Source: an uncultured Candidatus Saccharibacteria bacterium
GTDB lineage: Bacteria > Patescibacteriota > Minisyncoccia > Phycocordibacterales > UBA9973
DNA length: 54,503 nt
Assembly (NCBI GenBank): GCA_964606295.1
Contig: CAZSFR010000001.1
Coordinates: forward strand, 1 to 54,503
Reading direction: 5' to 3'
The notes under the pieces are model-generated. The model did not search any database. It was not told the DNA's origin and saw only the letters and a list, made by a program, of their open reading frames with translations. Of this stretch, positions 45,703 to 54,503 are shown piece after piece; the stretch's first letter is position 1, and each line of letters starts with the position of its first letter. The position numbers and the translations under genes were made by a program.

Positions 45703-46659
45703 CTAATTGTCAATCAACGAAACGCCGACTGCATTTCTGACCTTCACCATCTTCTCCTCTGCGAGTACTTTTGCTATCGCACTTCCATCATTGAGTATTT
45801 TGATAATAGCTTTTTTGTCGTTGAGCAACTCCTCCCGTCTTTGTCGTATTGGAGAAATAAACACGTCGATGTCTTCTATCAAAGCCTCTTTGAGAATTTT
45901 GTACTTCCCTTTGTTTTCTTCATACAAAGATTTCAATTCACTTTCGGATTTGAAAAGTTTATGAATTGCATAAACATTTGTCGGAACATCAGTTTCTGAA
46001 TCTGTGACGATACTCATAACAGCCTTCTCTATTTCTTCACGAGTTGCAAAAAGTTCTATTGTGTTCCTGTAGCTCTTTGACATCTTTCTCCCATCAATAC
46101 CTGGAACTATTGCGACGTTTTCGATGATGAGAGCTTCGGGTAGTTTGAAAAGCTCAGTGTAGGTGCTGTTGAATTTTCCAGCGGTGTCACGAGTAATTTC
46201 AATATGTTGCTTTTGGTCTTGTCCTACTGGAACTATTTCTGGATCATACAGCAAAATGTCAGAGGCCATAAGCATCGGGTAGTTGAATGTTCCGACACTG
46301 ATATCCTTGTTCTTTGCTTCTGCATCTTTAAACGCGTGTGCCCGCATAAGATACGGCATCGACGTTATGGTGTCAAAAATCCATGCGAGCTCAGTATGCT
46401 CGCTCACTTGTGATTGCTGAAATATCGTCACCTTGGCAGGATCGAGTCCGATAGCGAGGTAATCAATGGCAGTGTTGAGGATATTCTCTCGTAACTCTTC
46501 TCTCGAGTTGACTGAGTGAAGTGCATGATAGTCAGCAATCATAAAGTAACACTCGTATTTGTCTTGCAAATCAACAAATTGCTTTAGTGCGCCGAAATAA
46601 TTTCCAATATGGAGCCGTCCGCTTGGTTGTATTCCCGATAGTAATCTTTTGTGTAACAT
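45703..46659 (-). CDS. trpS: tryptophanyl-tRNA synthetase
   Basis: SGIQPSGRLHIGNYFGA (HIGH) and KMSKS. An extended -10 (TGGTATACT) lies 7 nt before the ATG. Confidence 0.92.
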   Translation of the reverse strand: MLHKRLLSGIQPSGRLHIGNYFGALKQFVDLQDKYECYFMIADYHALHSVNSREELRENILNTAIDYLAIGLDPAKVTIFQQSQVSEHTELAWIFDTITSMPYLMRAHAFKDAEAKNKDISVGTFNYPMLMASDILLYDPEIVPVGQDQKQHIEITRDTAGKFNSTYTELFKLPEALIIENVAIVPGIDGRKMSKSYRNTIELFATREEIEKAVMSIVTDSETDVPTNVYAIHKLFKSESELKSLYEENKGKYKILKEALIEDIDVFISPIRQRREELLNDKKAIIKILNDGSAIAKVLAEEKMVKVRNAVGVSLIDN

Positions 46660-46778
46660 AACCTAAAGTATACCAAAATGCGCTTTATTTTTAAAGGTGA
46701 AATTTATTCACATGTTACAAACACATTTGAGTGTATTAGAGCTTTGAGAGGACTGTTTGGACTGGTACAATCAGACCT

Positions 46779-48173
46779 ATGAAAGAAAAAGAAGTACACG
46801 GACGTATTCCCCCGCAAGATCTTGATGCCGAAAAGGCTGTATTGGGAGCTATCATGCTTCGTCCCGAATCTTTGTTTGAGGTTGACGATGTACTTTCTCA
46901 GGACATTTTCTACAGCGACAGACATAAAGCTATTTTCAAAGCAATGGAAACACTTTCAGCAAAAAGTGAACCAATCGACTTGCTTTCTGTGTCTGCAAAA
47001 CTCAAAGAAGATAAATCGTTAGAGAGGATAGGTGGTGCGACATACCTTACTGAAATCGTACAGTCGGTTCCTTCAAGCGCAAACATACGTTTTTATGCAG
47101 ATCACATCTACCACAAATTCCAGCTAAGGAATCTCATTACTGCATCTGATGCAATCTCTCAGCTTGCATACGCGGAAGATGGAACTGAAATATCAGAAGT
47201 ACTTGATAATGCAGAGAAAAGAATCTTTTCAATTACTGGACTTATAAAGGGAAACGGCGGAACATCTTTCAAAGACACACTCAAAAGTACTTGGGAAGAA
47301 CTCGAGAAGCTCCAAGAAAGTGACGGAGCAATGCGTGGTGTACCAACCGGCTATCACGATTTGGATTTGAAGCTATCAGGACTTCAAAAATCTGATCTCA
47401 TTATTTTAGCTGCACGTCCTTCTATGGGTAAGACGACACTTGCGCTTGATATTGCAAGACACGCTGCTGTACGTGAAAATGTCCCCGTTGTTGTATTCTC
47501 TCTCGAAATGAGTTCATCTCAACTCGTTACCCGTATGCTTGCGACGGAAGCTCGCGTTGATGCATGGAAACTTCGCACAGGTAAGCTAGATAACAGCGAT
47601 GATTTCCTTCGTATTCGTGACGCTCTCGACCGTTTGTCAAATGCCCCAATATATATTGACGACCAAGCTGCAAATACTGTCAACAAGATGAAATCTTTTG
47701 CTCGGAGAATCAAAAGCGAGCATGGTCTAGGACTTATAGTAGTCGACTATCTCCAGCTCATGGCAACCAACAAAAACCATGATTCCATGGTAAACCAAGT
47801 AACAGAGATATCACGCTCTCTCAAAGCACTGGCACGCGAGCTCGAAGTACCTGTTGTCGCTCTCTCACAGCTTTCTCGTGCAGTTGAAACACGCGGTGGA
47901 CGTCCCAAACTCTCTGACTTGCGTGATTCAGGTTCTATTGAGCAGGACGCTGACATAGTCATGTTCATTCATCGCGACGAAATGGATAGACAGGGAGGTG
48001 GAAATGTCGATGGCGTTACCCAACTCATTGTGGCGAAGCACAGAAATGGCCCAACAGGCGAAGTCGACCTCATGTTCGATTCAGCAACGACCACATTTCA
48101 CAGCGTAGCAAAAAACATAGACGCACCGCAGTATGCACGACGGGGGGCGTCACTTGATGAAGCGTTTGGATAA
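46779..48173 (+). CDS. dnaB: replicative DNA helicase
   Basis: PPQDLDAEKAVLGAIM, Walker A ARPSMGKTT, and SLEM...SQLSR. Confidence 0.92.
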   Translation: MKEKEVHGRIPPQDLDAEKAVLGAIMLRPESLFEVDDVLSQDIFYSDRHKAIFKAMETLSAKSEPIDLLSVSAKLKEDKSLERIGGATYLTEIVQSVPSSANIRFYADHIYHKFQLRNLITASDAISQLAYAEDGTEISEVLDNAEKRIFSITGLIKGNGGTSFKDTLKSTWEELEKLQESDGAMRGVPTGYHDLDLKLSGLQKSDLIILAARPSMGKTTLALDIARHAAVRENVPVVVFSLEMSSSQLVTRMLATEARVDAWKLRTGKLDNSDDFLRIRDALDRLSNAPIYIDDQAANTVNKMKSFARRIKSEHGLGLIVVDYLQLMATNKNHDSMVNQVTEISRSLKALARELEVPVVALSQLSRAVETRGGRPKLSDLRDSGSIEQDADIVMFIHRDEMDRQGGGNVDGVTQLIVAKHRNGPTGEVDLMFDSATTTFHSVAKNIDAPQYARRGASLDEAFG

Positions 48174-48185
48174 CAAATTTATACA

Positions 48186-48791
48186 ATGAATCCTATTGAT
48201 GACTTAGCAAAAGTATTCGCTCAATTCCCAGGAATTGGAGAAAGACAATCGAAACGATTTGTCTATTATTTGTTGCGTCAAAGTTCTCAATCAATAAAGG
48301 ATATTGCGCAAAAAATGGAAATGCTACACAAGAGAATTGCTGAGTGTGTAGAATGCCACCGCTACTTCATCGAACAGAATGCATTGAAGGTCTGCACTAC
48401 ATGCGACGACAGAAAATCTGCGACGACTCTTCTCCTTATTGAAAAGGATGCGGATTATGACTCAATCATGCGTAGTGGTGTATATGACGGATTGTTTTTT
48501 GTTCTCGGTGGACTTATACCAATACTTGAAAAAAATCCAGAAAGACGTGTTCGCTTGGGTGAGTTGAAGTCTAAGCTTCTAAAAGAAAAAATGCAATTGA
48601 AGGAAATAATTTTGGCTATGTCTGCTACACGCGAAGGTGAATACACGGATGAGTATCTGCGAAAATTTGTTTCAGAGATTATTGGCGACGCTATCCCCGT
48701 TCACAGCTTGGGTCGAGGACTTTCGACTGGTACTGAGCTTGAATATTCGGATTCAGAAACTATCATATCTGCTCTTAAGAACAGAGCTTAA
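48186..48791 (+). CDS. recR: recombination protein RecR
   Basis: LAKVFAQFPGIGERQSKRF (HhH), a C4 zinc finger (CVECHRY...CTTC) and a Toprim domain. Confidence 0.9.
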   Translation: MNPIDDLAKVFAQFPGIGERQSKRFVYYLLRQSSQSIKDIAQKMEMLHKRIAECVECHRYFIEQNALKVCTTCDDRKSATTLLLIEKDADYDSIMRSGVYDGLFFVLGGLIPILEKNPERRVRLGELKSKLLKEKMQLKEIILAMSATREGEYTDEYLRKFVSEIIGDAIPVHSLGRGLSTGTELEYSDSETIISALKNRA

Positions 48792-48888
48792 ACAACCCAA
48801 CTTCTCCACCTAAGCAAGCTCATGGCTATTTTCTGTCAGCACCACGTTCCTCTCAGGTCTATACATAACTCTTAAACTAATAAACAGC

Positions 48889-48912
48889 AAAAAATCCCCG
48901 AAGGGATTTTTA
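48889..48912. terminator. bidirectional intrinsic terminator (recR / rplU)
   Basis: AAAAATCCC-cgaa-GGGATTTTT. Confidence 0.75.
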
Positions 48913-49227
48913 TGCAATATTTGTAATTTCTACTTCTGTGAAAGGCTGTCTGTGGCCGTTTCTCTTAAGGTAGCGAGATTTTGCTTTATACTTCGTCACC
49001 AAAACCTTAGCGTGACGTCCTTGCTGTACAACTACTCCAGAAACTGCCTTTCCAGCCAAATCTGATGCTTCAAACGCTGTCTTCTTGCCGTCGTCAACTA
49101 GTAAGACAGAGTCAAAAGTTACTTTGTCTCCTGCCTTCAAATCGCCAGCTAGCTTCTCTATCTTTAGTTTTTGACCTTTTGAGACCTTATATTGCTTGCC
49201 TCCAGTCATAATGATTGCAAATGTCAT
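48910..49227 (-). CDS. rplU: 50S ribosomal protein L21
   Basis: FAIIMTGGKQYKV...KVLVTKYKAKSRYLKRNGHRQPFTEV. Confidence 0.92.
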   Translation of the reverse strand: MTFAIIMTGGKQYKVSKGQKLKIEKLAGDLKAGDKVTFDSVLLVDDGKKTAFEASDLAGKAVSGVVVQQGRHAKVLVTKYKAKSRYLKRNGHRQPFTEVEITNIA

Positions 49228-49307
49228 AGCGGTACTACTTTAACTTTTTTTGTTCAAAATGTCAAATATGTATTGAAATATAAAGGATTTTGGAGTAAAA
49301 TAGGAGA

Positions 49308-50219
49308 ATGATAAGCAAGTATAAACTCGGAGAGATAACATGGGTAGATGTGGCGTCTCCAACCAGAGAAGAAATACGCGACTTAAAAGAATCATACTCA
49401 CTTCCGGATTTGCTCTGCGAAGAATTATTGAAAAGAACACCTCGGTCGAAAGCAGATCGGTACAAAGATCAAATATATCTGGTTCTTCACTTTCCTGTAC
49501 GTACAGACAAATCAATTCGTGAACATGAGATTGATTTTGTTATTGGAAAATCATATGTGATTACAGTACATTATGAACCATGTTTTGCTCTCGAACGTTT
49601 GACTCATTCGATTGAGGAGAAACAGCTCATCAAGAAATCAAGCATTGCAGAACACCCAGGATTTCTTTTTCATAACATAATACGCGAAATCTACCTCGAC
49701 GTAATGAATGACTTGGAGAAGATAAATACAAAAATTCGAAAAATTGAATCAAGAATATTTGATAGTGAAGAAATAAAAATAGTTGAAGCAATTTCACATG
49801 TCAACCGCGACTTGGTAGAGTTCAAGCAAGCACTTCGATTTCACGCTGACGTACTTCGGTCTTTTTCTGAAGCAGGCGCAACATTTTTTGGCTCGTCGTT
49901 TGTCTATCACCAGAGTCTCATCAATGATGAGTACAACAAGATCAGAACAGTGCTTGAGGGCCACAAAGAAATTCTCTCTGATATACGTGTGACAAATGAT
50001 TCTCTTATTTCTGTGAAGACAAGCAAGACTATTAGATTTCTCACTTCCCTTACTTTCATCATTCTTTTGTTGACTCTCGTGACAGGATTTTTTGCTATGA
50101 ATACAAGCCCCCAACTTCTTCTTATCAAAACGAAAGCTAATCTTGTGTTTGTTGGCGGTGCGATGGTCCTGCTGGTCGTTGTACTTATAGTATATTTCAA
50201 AAAAAAGAAATGGCTCTAA
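49308..50219 (+). CDS. corA: CorA-family divalent cation transporter (variant AMN motif)
   Basis: A cytoplasmic domain plus two C-terminal TM helices, with GFFAMNT in place of the usual GMN. Confidence 0.7.
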   Translation: MISKYKLGEITWVDVASPTREEIRDLKESYSLPDLLCEELLKRTPRSKADRYKDQIYLVLHFPVRTDKSIREHEIDFVIGKSYVITVHYEPCFALERLTHSIEEKQLIKKSSIAEHPGFLFHNIIREIYLDVMNDLEKINTKIRKIESRIFDSEEIKIVEAISHVNRDLVEFKQALRFHADVLRSFSEAGATFFGSSFVYHQSLINDEYNKIRTVLEGHKEILSDIRVTNDSLISVKTSKTIRFLTSLTFIILLLTLVTGFFAMNTSPQLLLIKTKANLVFVGGAMVLLVVVLIVYFKKKKWL

Positions 50220-51577
50220 AGATTCACAATTCACTGTCGCAAGAACTTGAAGTGTTCACGCCAATTAATGCGCACAGAACGACTTTTTACTCTTGCGGAC
50301 CGACTGTGTACAATTTTGCTCATATTGGAAATTTCCGAGCATTTATTTTCGCAGATACGGTAAAGCGTGTTTTGACTTACCTAGGGTATCCCGTTTTTCA
50401 TGTTATGAACTTCACTGATGTGGAAGATAAGATTATTCGTGCACACCAAGAGTCAGGTCAATCACTTAGAGAACTTACAGATCCCTATATCCAAGCGTTT
50501 GTGGAGGATATAGGATCGCTCAACATAATTCCAGCAGATAAATACACAAAAGCGACAGACTACATAGAGGAAATGGTGGTCATTATTGAAAGACTTTTGA
50601 ACCAGGGCTATGCGTACAAAACAGCTGACGGCAGTGTCTACTTTGATCTATCAAAAGATGAAAACTATGGCAAACTTGTGCGTATTGATCATGACGCTAT
50701 GAAAGAAAATGCAAAAGGCCGAATGAAAAATGATGAATACGACAAGGACAACGTTCAAGACTTTTCACTTTGGAAGGCATGGGATGAGGCAGACGGATCT
50801 ATTTTTTGGGAGACACGTCTCGGTAAAGGACGACCGGGGTGGCACATCGAATGTTCTGCTATGGCGATGAAAACACTTGGGGAAACTATCGATATTCATA
50901 CGGGAGGTGTTGATAACAAATTTCCTCATCATGAAAATGAGATTGCTCAGTCAGAATGTGCGACGGGAAAAGAATATGCTCGTTACTTCATGCACAATGA
51001 ATGGGTTCTGGTAGAAGGCAAGAAAATGTCGAAGAGCTTCAACAATTTCTACACACTTCGAGATATAGCTATCATGGGACACAACCCGATCGCATTCCGT
51101 TATCTTCTCTTGACTGCACACTATCGGACGTCTATCAATTTTAGTTTTGATGCACTAACGGCCAGTTCAACCGCTCTGGAAAAACTTTTGGATATAGTAG
51201 AGGGACTTCCTAACGACGGCATCGTTGACCAAGGGTATGAAAAGAAATTCGCTGCTATTATCGAAAATGATTTTGATACTGCAGGGGCGATTGCTCTTAT
51301 TTGGATATTGCTGAAAGATGATTCAGTTGGTGACGCAGACAAAAAGGCTACAATTTTGGATTGTGATCGTGTCCTTGGCTTGGGTCTTGAGAAAAAGGAC
51401 GAGTTTGTCGTTCCTCTTGGTATACAAAATCTTATAAAGGAAAGAGATACTGCTAGAAAAAATGAGGATTGGACCACGTCGGATGCGTTGCGAAATGAAA
51501 TAAAAAAATTGGGCTATAAAATCAAAGATACAGAAGGAGGTGTACACATAAAAAGGATCACAAAGCCTCAATCGTAA
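50210..51577 (+). CDS. cysS: cysteinyl-tRNA synthetase
   Basis: CGPTVYNFAHIGN (HIGH), GRPGWHIEC and KMSKS. Confidence 0.92.
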   Translation: MALKIHNSLSQELEVFTPINAHRTTFYSCGPTVYNFAHIGNFRAFIFADTVKRVLTYLGYPVFHVMNFTDVEDKIIRAHQESGQSLRELTDPYIQAFVEDIGSLNIIPADKYTKATDYIEEMVVIIERLLNQGYAYKTADGSVYFDLSKDENYGKLVRIDHDAMKENAKGRMKNDEYDKDNVQDFSLWKAWDEADGSIFWETRLGKGRPGWHIECSAMAMKTLGETIDIHTGGVDNKFPHHENEIAQSECATGKEYARYFMHNEWVLVEGKKMSKSFNNFYTLRDIAIMGHNPIAFRYLLLTAHYRTSINFSFDALTASSTALEKLLDIVEGLPNDGIVDQGYEKKFAAIIENDFDTAGAIALIWILLKDDSVGDADKKATILDCDRVLGLGLEKKDEFVVPLGIQNLIKERDTARKNEDWTTSDALRNEIKKLGYKIKDTEGGVHIKRITKPQS

Positions 51578-52001
51578 GCAAAAAGTGCCCCTTTAGTCCA
51601 CCTGCGACAATGGGAATTTGAAAGTCCCCTACTTCCTTTACCGGATGTTCGAGTTCGATCATTTTCTCCTCTATGCTGATGTTAAGTTTTTCTTTCAAGG
51701 CGAATACTATTTCTTTTACATGAATACTTTTGAATAGGTTTCCTTTTTCGTTAGCATTTGCTTTGATTATCAACTGGACGCTTCCCAATTCTTTTAGATT
51801 TTTTCTTACTGTCTCGTCTGCCTGACTTTTCTCCAGTCTTATTTTCTCCTTATTGCTTTCAGCAAGTTTAATATTCTCAGGTGTTGCGGAGAGTGCTTGC
51901 TTTTTTGGAATCAGGACATTTTGAGCAAATCCCGCTGGGACTTCCTTAATGTCATATCTTTTTCCGACACGAGCTATGTCTTGAAGTAGTATTACTTTCA
52001 T
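51558..52001 (-). CDS. rplI: 50S ribosomal protein L9
   Basis: MKVILLQDIARVGKRYDIKEVPAGFAQNVLIPKK. Confidence 0.9.
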   Translation of the reverse strand: MKVILLQDIARVGKRYDIKEVPAGFAQNVLIPKKQALSATPENIKLAESNKEKIRLEKSQADETVRKNLKELGSVQLIIKANANEKGNLFKSIHVKEIVFALKEKLNISIEEKMIELEHPVKEVGDFQIPIVAGGLKGHFLLTIEAL

Positions 52002-52004
52002 AAA

Positions 52005-53225
52005 TTATATTTCATTTAAAATCTCAATTGCCTTCTGTAATTGTAAATCCTCTCCATTTTCTAGTGATTCCTTTGTCAGCTCGATTGTATAGTCAGGGAG
52101 AAGTCCTTGGTCCGAAATGGATATGCCGTTGGGTGTAAACCATTTTGCCACAGTGATCTTCAGTGAGGTGTCAGGTGTTACGGGAACCAGTTCTTGCACT
52201 GAACCTTTGCCATATGTTTTTTGACCCACGAGAGTTGCGATATTATTTTCCTTAAGTGCGCCAGCTACAATCTCCGACGCAGATGCTGAGCCACCATCGA
52301 CAAGCACTACCATACGGAGGCCAGAATTCTTGAAAACGTCGTAGCCTCTACTTTTGTAAACTTTTTCAGGTTCACCATCTCCAAAATCTTCCCTCACCAC
52401 TGTTTGATTTGATGACAAAAACCAGCTTGAAATATCTACTGCACCGTCAAGATAACCGCCTGGATTGCCACGCAAATCTAAGATAAGATTTTTGCTTTTC
52501 GTGTTTAGGAATTCGCGTAAAGCACCCTGAAACATGACTGGCGCATTGGCGCTGAAGTCGTACAAACTAATTATGAAAACATCATCTTCCTCCCTATATT
52601 CACTGTCGAGGATTGGAACTGTAATCGTGTCACGCACAATGGTAAACTCGAGTGGCGAGTCCTGACCTTCTCTTAGTACCGTTATGACAACTTTTGTACC
52701 CTTCTCTCCCTTTACAACACTTGCAACCTCGTCTATCGACATATTAGTTGTTGAGATACCGTCAATCTTCACAAGTATATCTGCAGTCTTAATGCCAGCT
52801 TTCTCGGCAGGAGAATCTTTCAGTGGAGCTATGACAGAAATATATCCATCCTTCATTCCCATTTCGATTCCTATACCGCCAAATTCACCATCTATCTCAT
52901 CTCTAAACTGTGAGGCTTCCTCTGGTGGCATAAACACAGTGTATGGATCACCAACTGAATCTGCCAACCCCTTGATTGCTCCCCATACTTTGTCTTGATT
53001 CGAAACAGTTGTTGGATATTTTTCATCAATGAGGTTCCACACCTTCCAAAATGGCTCAAAGTCAACAGGTGAAGCAAAAGCAGGTTCTTTGTTCAAAACA
53101 GATGCTATCTTAGAAATTTCTGGTCGTCCTGCATAGCCTACATAGATTCCTACAAGAAAAAAGAGCGCTATGAGCGCGAAGATCTTAAAAATTCGTATAC
53201 TTCTTTTCTTTAAATCAGTATTCAT
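52005..53225 (-). CDS. carboxy-terminal processing protease (S41)
   Basis: GGIGIEM, a PDZ domain, DLRGNPGGYL and GSASASEI. Confidence 0.88.
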   Translation of the reverse strand: MNTDLKKRSIRIFKIFALIALFFLVGIYVGYAGRPEISKIASVLNKEPAFASPVDFEPFWKVWNLIDEKYPTTVSNQDKVWGAIKGLADSVGDPYTVFMPPEEASQFRDEIDGEFGGIGIEMGMKDGYISVIAPLKDSPAEKAGIKTADILVKIDGISTTNMSIDEVASVVKGEKGTKVVITVLREGQDSPLEFTIVRDTITVPILDSEYREEDDVFIISLYDFSANAPVMFQGALREFLNTKSKNLILDLRGNPGGYLDGAVDISSWFLSSNQTVVREDFGDGEPEKVYKSRGYDVFKNSGLRMVVLVDGGSASASEIVAGALKENNIATLVGQKTYGKGSVQELVPVTPDTSLKITVAKWFTPNGISISDQGLLPDYTIELTKESLENGEDLQLQKAIEILNEI

Positions 53226-53267
53226 ACGCTGATTATCTCAAATTTAATGAATCGGGTCAATTTTGAA

Positions 53268-54491
53268 TCATAAGGACAAACCAGCCTTGGTGTTTGTGTA
53301 CTTGTTGCTTGCATCCCAGAGGAACCATGAATCAAGTCCTACGTCATGTGTCGCTTTGATTTGTCCCGCTATCTCATTTGCTCCATAAGGAGGTTGTCCC
53401 AATGAGAAATTTTGAAGCCATGGGCGTAGCTGGTCGGGACTTACCTTTTCTCGAAGCCATTCTGGTTGTGTCACATCATTCTTGAGAGCCGTTGTCCTTT
53501 CTACTGCACTTTGCATGACAAAGCGTATCAGCTCGTATGGCACACTATTTGGGTTACTCCAGCCGTTAAATCCCTTTGGGTAGTGTGATGGATAAACCAT
53601 TGGTGCCACATAATCAAAGTAAGGCAGAGTCCGCTCGAGAACTTGCCCAATACCTAGATCGTCTCGATTTGTTGTTGTCATGCCGAAGAGATCAGCTGAC
53701 GTGACCATGCCAGTGTCCTTTAGTCTGCTATTAAGATATGAGAAAAAGTTTTCTATGATATCAGCTTTCGTGAGGCCACTAGCGGCAGGTACTGCCATGT
53801 TTTTGATATCTCCGTCAGACGGGAAACGAATGTAATCGAAGTTTATTTCATCAAATCCCATCGCATAGGATTCTTCAGCAATTGCTACTATGTAATTCCA
53901 AACAGATTCAGATCCCGGATATAGGTAGTTGAGGCCGTTTTTGTCTGCCCATAACTTGCCGTCACTAATGCGCTTTATTGCCTCGTTAGGGTGAAGTGTT
54001 GCATAAAGGGGATCCTGAAACACTGTAACTCGTGCAATAACATATACATCTTTTGCATGCAATGTTGCAACAAAATCCTTCATATCTTTGACTTTGCATC
54101 CTTTGCCTCCTACAGCACTGGCCAGAAGTGGATTTTCGCTTGGTATGGAAAGTGTCCCACTAAAGTCTTTGACATCAATGATGACTGCATTAAGTTCTGT
54201 TTGGTCGAGAAGACTTACGATGTTTGTTCGGAATGACGGAGTGCCAGCTGCACATGCAGTCATATATATAGCTTTCACACTTTCAGGTGTTTCAATGTGC
54301 TCGACTGGAGCTACAATGGGCGCTTCTGCAATGATTTCTTTATTGACAGTGTCAGTGATACTTTCGTCAGCTTTGACTGCAGATGAATATGATTGTGAAA
54401 AGATGGCAGGGAGTGTAACGTATCCCAAAAGCAGTAGGCATGCTATTACGCCTAAGAATAATATAGTTTTAAATTTGTGTTTTGTTTTCAT
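53268..54491 (-). CDS. putative TIM-barrel glycoside-hydrolase-like protein (DUF4015-type), exported
   Basis: An N-terminal TM or signal segment, then AVIIDVKDFSGTLS, FDEINFDYIRFP and PMVYPSHY. The family resemblance is from memory only. Confidence 0.55.
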   Translation of the reverse strand: MKTKHKFKTILFLGVIACLLLLGYVTLPAIFSQSYSSAVKADESITDTVNKEIIAEAPIVAPVEHIETPESVKAIYMTACAAGTPSFRTNIVSLLDQTELNAVIIDVKDFSGTLSIPSENPLLASAVGGKGCKVKDMKDFVATLHAKDVYVIARVTVFQDPLYATLHPNEAIKRISDGKLWADKNGLNYLYPGSESVWNYIVAIAEESYAMGFDEINFDYIRFPSDGDIKNMAVPAASGLTKADIIENFFSYLNSRLKDTGMVTSADLFGMTTTNRDDLGIGQVLERTLPYFDYVAPMVYPSHYPKGFNGWSNPNSVPYELIRFVMQSAVERTTALKNDVTQPEWLREKVSPDQLRPWLQNFSLGQPPYGANEIAGQIKATHDVGLDSWFLWDASNKYTNTKAGLSL

Positions 54492-54503
54492 TGACGTCGA
54501 CTG

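Noticed and set aside
49302-49307. AGGAGA immediately upstream of the corA ATG, considered as a Shine-Dalgarno site.
   Set aside because: It ends at the base immediately before the ATG (zero spacing), too close to act as a Shine-Dalgarno site. It also coincides with the 6-nt gap after a TAAAAT -10 box, so a leaderless start is more consistent with the rest of the window.
1-54503. CRISPR arrays, diversity-generating retroelements (TR/VR pairs with a reverse transcriptase), prophage or integrase genes, and rRNA.
   Set aside because: I saw no short regularly spaced repeats, no reverse transcriptase or integrase ORF, and no rRNA-like sequence. The only long repeat is the 60-bp gap 3' duplication. 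By-eye repeat detection is incomplete.

Overview
This 54.5-kb window is a densely packed, moderately AT-rich piece of bacterial chromosome that uses the standard genetic code: TGA, TAA and TAG all terminate conserved genes. I found no rRNA, CRISPR array, prophage or intact mobile element.

Most of the content is housekeeping:
- Translation: gatB, gltX, aspS, trpS, cysS, prfA, obg, ribosomal proteins L27, L31, L25, L21 and L9, and tRNA-Glu.
- Cell wall and division: murF-like, ddl, a dac-mraY-ftsW-murG block, M23, CAP and transglycosylase proteins, and a Ctp protease.
- DNA metabolism: lexA, a Y-family polymerase, rmuC, an ExoX-like exonuclease, dnaB, recR and scpAB.
- Sugar-phosphate metabolism: gap, rpiB, rpe-like, a split transketolase, fba and a PfkB kinase.

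The split transketolase, short AspRS with GatB, many tiny membrane ORFs and overall compactness suggest a reduced-genome bacterium, possibly CPR/Patescibacteria-like. That is only an inference.

Observations worth a second look:
1. A promoter-proximal 23-codon ORF with tandem Trp codons overlaps a terminator/antiterminator pair. It lies between a trpS / TrpR-family operon and an orphan heme-oxygenase-like gene pair.
2. A T-box leader with an unusual hairpin-tip GAC lies upstream of a short-type aspS.
3. The gap-rpiB junction is duplicated (a 60-bp perfect repeat of the gap 3' end plus a decayed rpiB 5' end), and this brackets AT-rich orphan ORFs.
4. Identical LexA boxes fill the promoter spacers of lexA and the Y-family polymerase gene.
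5. At 13 annotated genes a -10 box sits 6-7 nt from the ATG, which implies leaderless mRNAs.
6. Two long perfect palindromes sit in divergent promoter regions.

All calls come from reading the sequence and the ORF translations by eye, with no database search. Fine coordinates of small motifs may be off by 1-2 nt.
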